A DNA stretch of 64,000 nucleotides, from NCBI GenBank assembly GCA_903847585.1, contig CAINEC010000064.1, forward strand, positions 10,225 through 74,224. The letters are read 5' to 3'. Below the pieces are notes generated by a model. The model searched no databases, was not told where the DNA came from, and saw only the letters and a list, made by a program, of their open reading frames with translations. This stretch comes from an uncultured Bacteroidota bacterium (GTDB taxonomy: Bacteria; Bacteroidota; Bacteroidia; AKYH767-A; OLB10). This document shows, in pieces, positions 20,511 to 30,400 of the stretch. How positions within the stretch are numbered: the stretch's first letter is position 1; the number at the start of each line of letters is the position of its first letter. Made by a program: the position numbers and the translations under genes.

Positions 20511-21770
20511 TTATTGAACAACGATGCGTGTAATTTGACGCTCGTTACCCATTGTGATTAATACCTGATAGATTCCAGGAGTTAATGATGTTAATGATAA
20601 ATCGATAGACTGTAATCCGTTGTTTAATTGAATAACCTCAGACGACATCAACATACCGTTCATAGATATAACTTGCATTTGAGCTTCACCTGCTTTCTCA
20701 GAAGATAAAATCAAACGAGTTGAACTATGCGCAGGATTTGGAGCGGCATCAAAAGTTTTGATTGCAGAATTTTCAATTTGTCCGATACCAGTTGTTGTTC
20801 CTTTTGAGAAATAGAAATTACCATTAGCAGACCCGCCGAAGCCCGTAAAAATCATTTTCCAAATTGTTCCCTGATGATCTTGAACAAAATAAACTGTTGA
20901 GTCTGAAATATCAAAAGTATTAGTTGCCATGTTGAATGTTTTCCAATCGTAACCAATAATATTTATTGCTTTATCAAATGTTAATCCTACAGAAGAAGCA
21001 GTATTTACATCAACTGGATATGCCTTTACAGCAGTAATAGAATCATTCAAAAGCACCCCTGTTACTTTGTAAGTAATCGGTGTAGTTGTTAAGTATTGTG
21101 CAAATGATAAATCCCAAGAATAAAAAGAAGGCTCACGATCGATGATTTGATTGTTTAACAAAGAAAAATAAACGAAGCTTTTACCTGCATACGTAGTTTT
21201 GTTAATCGCACCTAATGTTTCATTACTTCCATCTAAATCAGCCCATTTAAAATCATAGATGCTGTTAGCAAGAGAAACGATACATAACTTCTTATAAACA
21301 CCGCTTGATAGTTTAATAAAGTAAACAGAGTCGCCAGTGATTGCATGCGTCATGAAATCGTAGTTCCCCCAACCTAAGTCGAACATATCCGCAGGATTAT
21401 TTGTTCTGTTGAATGCACCAAAGTTCCATGATGTATCAGAATTAAATAACTCATTTGTTGGCGTACTTAAAATTCCTGTTGTATCAGCTGCTGTCATTGT
21501 TGACCAATCTGCTACTGATTTATTCGCTTTGTATAAACGAACATTGTTTTTTGAATTAATTAAGATGGAAGCTAAATAGCCACGAAGTTGGAATCCTAAA
21601 TCCCAATCTAAGTTTGAAACGGAGCTCACAGTTCCAGTTGAGAAGCTATAAAATGTTTGGTTCGTGTACCCCGGATTAACGGTAACCGTATCCGTTGTTT
21701 GAGCAGTTGCAGCGAAACTAACGCCTGCTGCCATAACTACAAGTACTAATTTTTGTAAAATTGATTTCAT
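20511..21770 (-). CDS. T9SS-secreted protein with two HmuY-like domains
   Basis: Sec signal (ATAQ); two repeats of Y/F-S-L...WDL.F...GW/GYDW...VYF(I/V)...G..K; C-terminal PNPA...GIYQV sorting domain; last gene of a TBDR-HmuY operon. Confidence 0.72.
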   Translation of the reverse strand: MKSILQKLVLVVMAAGVSFAATAQTTDTVTVNPGYTNQTFYSFSTGTVSSVSNLDWDLGFQLRGYLASILINSKNNVRLYKANKSVADWSTMTAADTTGILSTPTNELFNSDTSWNFGAFNRTNNPADMFDLGWGNYDFMTHAITGDSVYFIKLSSGVYKKLCIVSLANSIYDFKWADLDGSNETLGAINKTTYAGKSFVYFSLLNNQIIDREPSFYSWDLSFAQYLTTTPITYKVTGVLLNDSITAVKAYPVDVNTASSVGLTFDKAINIIGYDWKTFNMATNTFDISDSTVYFVQDHQGTIWKMIFTGFGGSANGNFYFSKGTTTGIGQIENSAIKTFDAAPNPAHSSTRLILSSEKAGEAQMQVISMNGMLMSSEVIQLNNGLQSIDLSLTSLTPGIYQVLITMGNERQITRIVVQ

Positions 21771-21793
21771 GGTATATATGGTTTTTTATTTTT

Positions 21794-22819
21794 TTAAATT
21801 CTTTGAGTTTGAAATGTGACCGTCCCTTTATTTCCTGATGTATCGTAAAAATCGACCATTTTTAAAGTATAGTAATAGCCATCACTTGACTTTACTACGT
21901 AATACAAGTTGGGATATACCTGGTACAAGGCATTATTGAAATCATAATATTTCCAATTATACCCAATCGTATTGGCATTACTTGAAAATACAAAATTTGG
22001 AATTTGCGAATAGTTAAATTGTTCAATTGGCAAATAAGGTACATTAGCTGGCATTGAATCTTTTTGAAAACGCAATACCTCCGTATTATTCCAGATATTC
22101 TGAATAACTCCTGTTACAAAATAGTAACGGAATGGAGAGGTTACATCATACTCAAAAAACACATGCGTATATTTTGTGAAAACAAAATCCCATTGCTCTT
22201 TAGGTGGCGCTTGTTGCACTAATTGATTCGGTGTATCAAACGAAAAATACATCAATGAGTAATTATCATCTTTTATTATATCAACTGTATCTAACGATGT
22301 GTTATCATAATTGCTAAAGCAAATGGTGTATTTAGCGCTATCTGCATTTAACACTTTAAACTTGCGCCAGCGTGCAGCACCTGTGTGTTCTAACTTTCCA
22401 CGATCAATGGCAAACACATTACTTCCTTGAGTAGAAAAATTAGCATCCAGCCAATACTTTGTTAAAGCTAATGTATCATCTAACAATTGTTCACAATCTA
22501 ACGCCCATGGCTGTCCGACAGTATCTGCTGTAGCCATATCATGCGATTGTGTTTTGCAAGCGAACATAAATTTTGCGCTATTCAAGTAAATGCGTAATCC
22601 GCTTTTAGAAGCTTCGAAAGCCAGGTCATAGGTTTTATAAGGACGAACAATTGAATTTCCTGTTTCTAAATCGAAGTAAATCTGATTTTCATAATTCACA
22701 CCCATATTGGCAACACCTTGCTTTACAGGTCCTGGAGGAGCAAGCGTGATTGCCTCATCTTCTTTCATGCAAGAAGAAAGTACAACTATTACAAATAAAA
22801 ACAACGCTATCCTCTTCAT
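21794..22819 (-). CDS. HmuY-family heme-binding lipoprotein
   Basis: Lipobox LSSC; YFDL...YDLAF, WDFVF, GYNWKYY and DGYYY.LKMVDFYD..G.KG.VTF motifs. Confidence 0.8.
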   Translation of the reverse strand: MKRIALFLFVIVVLSSCMKEDEAITLAPPGPVKQGVANMGVNYENQIYFDLETGNSIVRPYKTYDLAFEASKSGLRIYLNSAKFMFACKTQSHDMATADTVGQPWALDCEQLLDDTLALTKYWLDANFSTQGSNVFAIDRGKLEHTGAARWRKFKVLNADSAKYTICFSNYDNTSLDTVDIIKDDNYSLMYFSFDTPNQLVQQAPPKEQWDFVFTKYTHVFFEYDVTSPFRYYFVTGVIQNIWNNTEVLRFQKDSMPANVPYLPIEQFNYSQIPNFVFSSNANTIGYNWKYYDFNNALYQVYPNLYYVVKSSDGYYYTLKMVDFYDTSGNKGTVTFQTQRI

Positions 22820-25029
22820 TAGAATTTGTAATTTAATTTAATGAATCCAGAGCGGCCAGTACCAACCATCATCGTTCCGTTATTATTTCCACTGTGAATA
22901 CTGTTATTCATTGCAGCATTAACATTCTGTACATCCAATATGTTTTTTAATCCGACAGAAATATTCAACTTCTTCTTGAAGAAGAATTTCGACGTTGTAA
23001 AATCCATCAAACTAAAAGCAGCGTTCTCCTGACGAGAAACTGAATTATCAGCAGCAAGAACAAAAACTGGCTTTACACCTGTATATTTATAGAACAAGGC
23101 GAATGATGTCTCCCACTTCTCGATAGTATATGAAGCAGAAGATGTATTTTCAAAATACCAAGCGTATTCCTCCTGCTTTATATTTCCGTTGTAAGTTGCT
23201 GTTGTACCTGTGTAACAAACTCCTGATTTGATTTCAAAATTATTAAACAGATAACGCATTTGCATTTCACCTCCTAGAGCTGTAAAATCATCGAGATTGA
23301 TGTAAGTAAACAAATTGCTATACAAATCCGCCTGTGCTAAAGAAATCTGATTGGTAATATGATTATAAAAGAAAGCAGGTTCAAATTCAAACACCGACTT
23401 TGACTTCACATATTTTGCATTGAATGAAAAATTATAGTTATCAGAATTTTCTGCTTTTAAATTCGGATTGCCACGTACATTATGACTCGCATCTACAAAA
23501 TACAAATATTGCTCTTTGATAGAAGGAGCTCTGAAACCTTTACTCCAGCTTAATCGCAAAGAATATTTTTCAGATAATTTGTACAATGCATTTAATGAAG
23601 GAACTATCGGTGCATCATACTGCGAATTGTAAATTCCTCGTAATGCAGGACGAATAGTTAATTTTTCAAACGGGTTGTAATCGAAACATACAAAAACAGC
23701 AGCATCCGTTATTGAATGATTAGAATTATCAATCTTCTTTCCTTGAGCTGTTTCCTGATTAAGTTCAAGTCCCGACAACAACGAAACTTTTTTTGATAAT
23801 GAATGATTAAAAACTGTTCTTGAAAAATAGGACTGAAACACGGTTGTGTCATCATCCATCGGGTCTTCCGTAAGAACAGACACTAAATCAACTAAATCCT
23901 TTCTATAAGAATTTCTTAAATAACGGTAATGATTATACGCAGCAGTAAATTGCCAAGATGTTTGATCATTCAACTTTTTATCCGTTGTAAACAACACCTG
24001 ATTACGCGTTGTATGGAAATCCTGATCGAACGCATAGGCTTGGTAAGGAGTTAATGTAATGTCGCCTTGGTTAAAAACAGTTTCATTATTCAGGTTGTAC
24101 TGCAACGACATTTTATATCCGTTCACCGTTTTATTGTACTTTACATTTGCAAAGTATTGCTCTTTTGGGTTCCACTGCTGACTTCTCAATGAATCATTAG
24201 GGCTCCATCCATCGAAAAAATTACGACCTGCATTAAAATACAAATTTGAATTTTTAAATCCTTTGCCAACACTAAAATCAGCATTGTAATTTCCAACTGT
24301 TTCATAATAGGCAGTAGCATTACCATTCCAGTTTTCTTCTTTGTTTGATTTAGTAATAAGGTTTATCACACCGCCCAATGCATCGCTGCCATACAAAACC
24401 GACATAGGTCCTTTCACAATTTCTGCGTGATCGATATTGGCCAAATTAAGTTGACTAACATCAACGTTTCCGTTCTGGCGACCAATTACAGGAACACCAT
24501 CAATTAAGAACTTAACATGCTGTCCACCTACCCCCTGCAAAGAGACACTACTTCCGAGAACACCATCATTGGATAGCTGTACATTTAACTGCTGCGACAT
24601 TAAATCACGAACGTTGTACACCGCACGTTGTTCGATTTCTTTGCTTGATATTACATCGATATTGTAAATTGAATTCGATTTAAAACCAGGTGTGTAATTA
24701 CCGGTAACAGTTACTTCGTCAAAACTTTTAGGACTAGCCTTTAAGGCAACAACGGTATTTGAGTTTGTCGAGTTTAGCGTATCCGTAAAAGTGACGAATC
24801 CCAAGGAAGACACCTTTACCAAAATTGGCAATCTGAATTTCGGAATGGTAACAAATCCCTGATTATTGGTAAATCTAGCTTCCTGCTTACCGTCGGAAAG
24901 GGAATGAAAAACCACAACAGCCCCTTCCATACTTTCATTTTCGAAAGTCTTCACCTGCACTTGTTGCCCATGAACGCCGAGGAACATGAAGCACCATACA
25001 ATTTGAAGGAAGAATATGCGTTTTTTCAT
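22819..25029 (-). CDS. TonB-dependent outer-membrane receptor (HmuR-like)
   Basis: Plug motifs (LIDGVP, IVKGPMSVLYGSDALGGVINLIT), NPNLKAE motif, terminal Phe; translationally coupled to the HmuY gene. Confidence 0.9.
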   Translation of the reverse strand: MKKRIFFLQIVWCFMFLGVHGQQVQVKTFENESMEGAVVVFHSLSDGKQEARFTNNQGFVTIPKFRLPILVKVSSLGFVTFTDTLNSTNSNTVVALKASPKSFDEVTVTGNYTPGFKSNSIYNIDVISSKEIEQRAVYNVRDLMSQQLNVQLSNDGVLGSSVSLQGVGGQHVKFLIDGVPVIGRQNGNVDVSQLNLANIDHAEIVKGPMSVLYGSDALGGVINLITKSNKEENWNGNATAYYETVGNYNADFSVGKGFKNSNLYFNAGRNFFDGWSPNDSLRSQQWNPKEQYFANVKYNKTVNGYKMSLQYNLNNETVFNQGDITLTPYQAYAFDQDFHTTRNQVLFTTDKKLNDQTSWQFTAAYNHYRYLRNSYRKDLVDLVSVLTEDPMDDDTTVFQSYFSRTVFNHSLSKKVSLLSGLELNQETAQGKKIDNSNHSITDAAVFVCFDYNPFEKLTIRPALRGIYNSQYDAPIVPSLNALYKLSEKYSLRLSWSKGFRAPSIKEQYLYFVDASHNVRGNPNLKAENSDNYNFSFNAKYVKSKSVFEFEPAFFYNHITNQISLAQADLYSNLFTYINLDDFTALGGEMQMRYLFNNFEIKSGVCYTGTTATYNGNIKQEEYAWYFENTSSASYTIEKWETSFALFYKYTGVKPVFVLAADNSVSRQENAAFSLMDFTTSKFFFKKKLNISVGLKNILDVQNVNAAMNNSIHSGNNNGTMMVGTGRSGFIKLNYKF

Positions 25030-25282
25030 TGTGCTGCGAAAATACCTTCCTCAAACGGATTGCGTCTAGTATGAAAAACTGAGAAATGTCAAATTGAACC
25101 GATTCTGACAATGGACTGACAAAGGATAGATTCGCTATCGTTCAAAGTGTAAATTCAAGATTTTAGAAAGGAAATACGACACCCTATTAATTAACTTTCG
25201 GTTGTTGAAATACTATTGATGGCGCCTGAAAATTTGAAAAGAAATTCAGAGATATTTGAAAAACTAAATTACCATCCGTCAA

Positions 25283-26233
25283 ATGACAAAGTATCAAAGA
25301 GAACAAATCACGTTAGCTATCAGCGATCAGCTTGAAATAATTACTGAACAATTCATCATGGCAAGTCAAAATAAAGGCGCCATCCCTCTGATTGAAATTG
25401 ATTTATTAAAAGAAAGCGTTCGTACTTTGTATCAGCAAATAAACGATTGGCAAAGCACTAATGAAGTCATTGCTGTCCCTGCTAAAGCTGTGGAAGAAAA
25501 TACAATCATTGTAACTAAGTCGATTGAAGAGCCGGTAATGACTACACAACCAACGGAAGCATTATTCAATGATGCAACGGTATCTGTTGAAGTATCAGAG
25601 CCTGTTTTAGAGATAGTAGCAGAAGAACCAATTGTTGAAGAGACAATTGTTGAAGAGCCAACTATTGAAGAGTTTGTTGCTGAAGAGCCAATTCAGGTTG
25701 TGGCGGAAGTACCGAGCACTACAAGCGAAGGCTTTTTATCACGCATTCTAAAGGCTAAACCAGCTGAGAAAACGTCAGAAGTAAAACAAGAGGTTACACC
25801 AAAGCAAGAAGTAAAAACAGTAACAGCACAAGTTTCAGAACAGCCTGTGGCAAAGCCAGCGTTACAAGTTTCAAGAACAGTATATCCTGATGCTGACACA
25901 ACTACTGGTAATCGTTTTAAAGGTCAAGAAACTATATACGACCGCCTTCGTCAGCAGAGCAACCCAACAGTTGCCGATCGTTTATCTGCAAAGCCCGTTG
26001 GTGATTTGAAAAAGTCGATTGGTATTAACGAACGATTTACTTTAATCAATGAATTGTTTGGTGGTAACCAGCAGTTATTCATGGAGAGCATTGATAAAAT
26101 CAACAATGTGAATGCCTATGAAGAAGCGCGCAAAGTACTTTATGAGGAATTAGCAGGTAACCTAAAATGGAATACAGAAGGCAACACCTTTCATGTATTA
26201 GATGAATTAGTGAAACGCCGTTTTAATGGTTAA
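25283..26233 (+). CDS. Hypothetical protein with acidic low-complexity centre and conserved-looking C-terminal helical domain
   Basis: 316-aa ORF; Glu/Pro/Val-rich centre; C-terminal DLKKSIGINERFTLINELFGG block of a kind seen in Bacteroidota hypothetical proteins. Confidence 0.75.
   Translation: MTKYQREQITLAISDQLEIITEQFIMASQNKGAIPLIEIDLLKESVRTLYQQINDWQSTNEVIAVPAKAVEENTIIVTKSIEEPVMTTQPTEALFNDATVSVEVSEPVLEIVAEEPIVEETIVEEPTIEEFVAEEPIQVVAEVPSTTSEGFLSRILKAKPAEKTSEVKQEVTPKQEVKTVTAQVSEQPVAKPALQVSRTVYPDADTTTGNRFKGQETIYDRLRQQSNPTVADRLSAKPVGDLKKSIGINERFTLINELFGGNQQLFMESIDKINNVNAYEEARKVLYEELAGNLKWNTEGNTFHVLDELVKRRFNG
25622..25696 (+). repeat. Five imperfect 15-nt in-frame tandem repeats (EEPIV/EETIV/EEPTI/EEFVA/EEPIQ)
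   Basis: gaagaaccaattgtt gaagagacaattgtt gaagagccaactatt gaagagtttgttgct gaagagccaattcag. Confidence 0.85.
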
Positions 26234-27465
26234 TGAGAAAAAAAATTAGTTTTTCGGTATTATTTATTTTTTCATTTTTCGTTGCTCAAACACAGAATTT
26301 AGAATATGCAAGAAAATGTGTTAACGAGTTAACTTCAAAAAAATACCACGGTAGAGGATATGTAAAAGATGGCAGCAATAAAGCTGCCTCTTTTTTATAT
26401 GATGAATTTTTAAAGTACTCCACCAACAAGCCATATTTGCAATCGTTCTCATTTCCGGTGAACACTTTCCCAGGAAAGATGAAAGTTGTCATCAATGGAA
26501 AAAAATTAATTCCTGGAAAAGATTATATCATAGGCACTGCATGCCCGACAGTAAATGGAGAATTTACCATTTACAAAATCGATAAATCAAATTACGAAAG
26601 CATTGCAACAGATTTTAGAAATCAATTTGTTTTGTTTGATTCTACAGGTAGTAATGGGGCCATCGACAAGGAATTCATCAAGCGGTTTCAGTTAACATAT
26701 AAACCAGCAGGGTATATTCAAATAGAAGAGAAAAAATTAACCTGGTCGGTTAATAGCATACAAAAATTTCCAGTGGTTTATATTTTAAGAAGCGCTCTGC
26801 CTTCCAATCCAAATAAAATAAAACTGCAAGTAGATGCGCAGTTAATCAACTATACTGCGAAAAATGTGATTGGTGTTATTGAAGGACAGCAACCCGATTC
26901 ATTCATTTTTATTACGGCTCATTACGATCATTTAGGTCGTATGGGAAAGAGAATCTACTTCCCCGGAGGAAATGATAATGCGTCTGGCACATCGATGATA
27001 TTAAATTTAATGCAGTACTTTTCATTGCCGCATAATAAACCAACTTATACATTAGTTTTTATTTCATTTGCTGCTGAAGAAGCAGGACTGCTAGGCTCTG
27101 AATATTATACTAATCATCCAACAAAGGACTTAAAGAAAATAAAGTTTCTACTCAATCTTGACTTAATGGGAACAGGCGATGATGGAATTATGGTAGTCAA
27201 TGGAAGTATTTTTGAAAAAGAATTTTTATTGATGGAAAAAATAAATTCAGATTTTAAATTACTTACAACCGTGGGTAAGCGTGGCAAAGCACAGAATAGT
27301 GATCACCACCATTTCACTGAAAAAGGAGTTCCGTCATTTTTCTTATACACTATAGGAGGCAGGACAGCTTATCATGATATCTATGATGATGGAAAAGGAT
27401 TGCCACTTACAAAGTTTAAAGAAGTGTTTACGCTGATCAGTACGTTTATTAAAAAAGTAGAATGA
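26233..27465 (+). CDS. M28-family aminopeptidase
   Basis: AHYDHLG, GGNDNASG, AAEEAGLLGS, NLDLMG, SDH and YHD..D motifs. Confidence 0.92.
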   Translation: MRKKISFSVLFIFSFFVAQTQNLEYARKCVNELTSKKYHGRGYVKDGSNKAASFLYDEFLKYSTNKPYLQSFSFPVNTFPGKMKVVINGKKLIPGKDYIIGTACPTVNGEFTIYKIDKSNYESIATDFRNQFVLFDSTGSNGAIDKEFIKRFQLTYKPAGYIQIEEKKLTWSVNSIQKFPVVYILRSALPSNPNKIKLQVDAQLINYTAKNVIGVIEGQQPDSFIFITAHYDHLGRMGKRIYFPGGNDNASGTSMILNLMQYFSLPHNKPTYTLVFISFAAEEAGLLGSEYYTNHPTKDLKKIKFLLNLDLMGTGDDGIMVVNGSIFEKEFLLMEKINSDFKLLTTVGKRGKAQNSDHHHFTEKGVPSFFLYTIGGRTAYHDIYDDGKGLPLTKFKEVFTLISTFIKKVE

Positions 27466-30400
27466 TTACTCTACAATCACTTTTACAATTTCTGATTTTT
27501 CTTCAGACAATAAACGAATAGAATATAGTCCCGCACTCATCTGCAACTGACTTTTCTCAAGATGAATTTTATTTAATCCTCGCTTATAAAATGCTGAATT
27601 ATCAATCATAATTGCCTTACCAAGCTGATCAAAAATTTCAACTGTTACTTTTGAATCATTCTCCAACTCAAAAACAACATCCATATTTTCATGAACAGGA
27701 TTTGGGAACACCGCTAATTTAAATTCACTGTTGTTACTATTAATTATTGCTGACTGCACATCAGAATAAATTTTTTGTCCCATATCATCAACATAGGCCA
27801 GCTGGTAGTAATAGCGTTTATTCAACTCAATAGAATTATCGATATAATCGTAGCGAATTCCAGCATTAAAATTAAGTCCTTGCGACTGATCAATCCAAGC
27901 GATTTGTTCGAAGTTGCTGGCATCTGATGAACGATACAATTCAAACCCTTGAAGATCACCTACCATATAATTAGTCATCCATTTTAACGCTATTTCAGTA
28001 GACTTAGCATTTGCATTAAAATTAATTAGCTGCATAGCTAATGGTGATGGGCCTTGTGCTGTACTAAAAGGTGTGATTCCTGAAACTGCCAATCGTTGCA
28101 CAGCAGTTACAGGTGATACGACACATGTTCCTGGTGCTAACACCCACGCAGCCCCGCTATTTGACTGTATTGTCCAACGGCCGGCAGCATTCGTATAGTT
28201 TAAATTGTATAATGTTAAATCAAATTGTCCTGATGTAGGATTTGCATTTGCAACAAAATTCCAGAATCCGTTATTTAATGAAGGACTGCTATACGTTGTA
28301 CCACACTCGGTGACACCCAAAGCTACTGGCAATACCGTATGCACTGCAAAGTTTCCTAGAATGTTATCTATTGCTGTTGGAAACGCATTATTATTAAAAT
28401 TCAGATTTGCACGTTGGTAGCCTTTAGTAGTTTCTCCAACGGGAAAATCGTATGCACCAAGCGTGTTTAAATATCTTCTTAATTTTCCTTGAACAAAACT
28501 GGAAGTGTTTCCAGTTGTAACAGAAGTTGCCGTTCTGTTTTTAGTACTTACTTCAAAAGCGTTGGTAATAATTTTTCCGAGTGTTAAATTAAGGTTCCCG
28601 CTCGTATTTAAAACCATATTATTAAGAAGAGTTAATCCTGTAGACGTATGATTCATTTTTACATTACCAACCTCAGCACCATTAAGTCCGGTATTAGAAT
28701 AGGTTTGAGCTGCGGTACCATTGAACTCTAACACACCAGTTGAAGGAATAAAATTTCCTACGTTATTAAAGTTGCCTCCCACTTTTAAATTCTTACCATT
28801 CATGGTAAATACAGAAGTGTTATTAGTCACCGAAAAATTCCCTCGTGCTTCTGCATTTTGCAGAATAGAAACTTGTCCTCCTGTTTTGGTAACTGTTAAA
28901 TTACCAAAGGCATTTGGAGCTAAAAGATTCCCATCAATATTTTGATTTACTGCAGCATTTGAAAAGAGAACGATAGATGTCGGTGCGGCTGTAAATGATC
29001 CATAGTTTGTAAAGTTCTCACAAACAGCGAGTGTTGCTCCTGGGTTTAATGTGAGCGTAGCGCCCGGATTAATCACAATAGATTTACAACTCGCCACAAG
29101 TGACACAACTGAAGGCTGATTAACAATTCCACCTGGTATAATTGCATCCTTAGTACAATTAGGCACTGGGCATCCACCCCAATTATCCGACTTGAACCAA
29201 TCGGTATCAATCCCCCCAGACCAATTAGATCGCGTACCTGTAGCTGCATAATTTATTGGTGATGCACTTCCAAAGATGATATCAAATCCGCTTGTACTAT
29301 TGGTAAAATTACTCACCACTAAAACATATTTTTCACCTGTCACAACAGGAATTCCCGCATTAAACGCTGTTCCAAATCCGGGATAAGCGGCCGGCGAAAC
29401 ACCAGCTGCAGCACTGAAGCATCCGGTAACACCCAAATAATTGTAATTACAACTTATAGGTGCAGAACCAGCAGCAATTTGAGCACATGTCACAGCGCCT
29501 GTTCCTGCAATTTTCCAAACTGCAAAATCATAATCAGTACACACTGTACTTGGAGCACCTGCCCAATCTTTTGGAACAATCGAGAAAGTTAAGCTACCAT
29601 TTGCTAAAATTGGAATTTCAAACCAAACAGTACTTCTTTCTCCTGATAACAAACAATTAGTTCCTCCACCAGGAAAATCACAGATGTTTCCAAAACTTTG
29701 AAAACCGGGATCGCCAAAACTCATTGTTGTATCACATACTGGTAAATAAACCCCACAATCTTGTCCGTTGTTTAAAGGAGTTAAAGGAATGGATGCATCA
29801 AGAGCCATTACTGAATAAGTTCCTACTTCAGAATTATAACCATCAACAACGATATAGTAAGTAGCACCAGCTGTCAACCCTGCCATTGTCAAATCTGAAC
29901 TATAATTGGTCGTTGTTCCACAAGGAGTTCCATCATCATTACATCCTACTAACGTCATTGCCGTACCGCAAACTCCTGAATACACTGCAACCTGAGGATT
30001 AGTTAATGAATTAGGTATTACGCGTACACGCATCTGTCCACTTGCTGGTGCAACGGCAGAATACCAAACTGTATTTAAATTATTTGGCGTGAGCCAGCAT
30101 GCAGGAGCAGGCGGCTCTGATGCGCCACCAGAACAATTGTTTGCACCATTCAATGGAATACCTAATACTAACGGCGTTGCATTACATGGCAAATCATTAC
30201 TAGCGCCAGAACCAAATGAATTGATAGTTATGTTATACTGAGCGTTTGTTGGACTAGCCCAAGTATCAACTACGATGTAATATGTCCCAGCACCAGGTAA
30301 AGTTATACTACCTGTAAGTGCTCCTGAATTTGCACCTCCAGCACTGCCTATACAAGTTGTACCAACAACTCCTGGACAACCTTTATAAACCTGAAATCCG

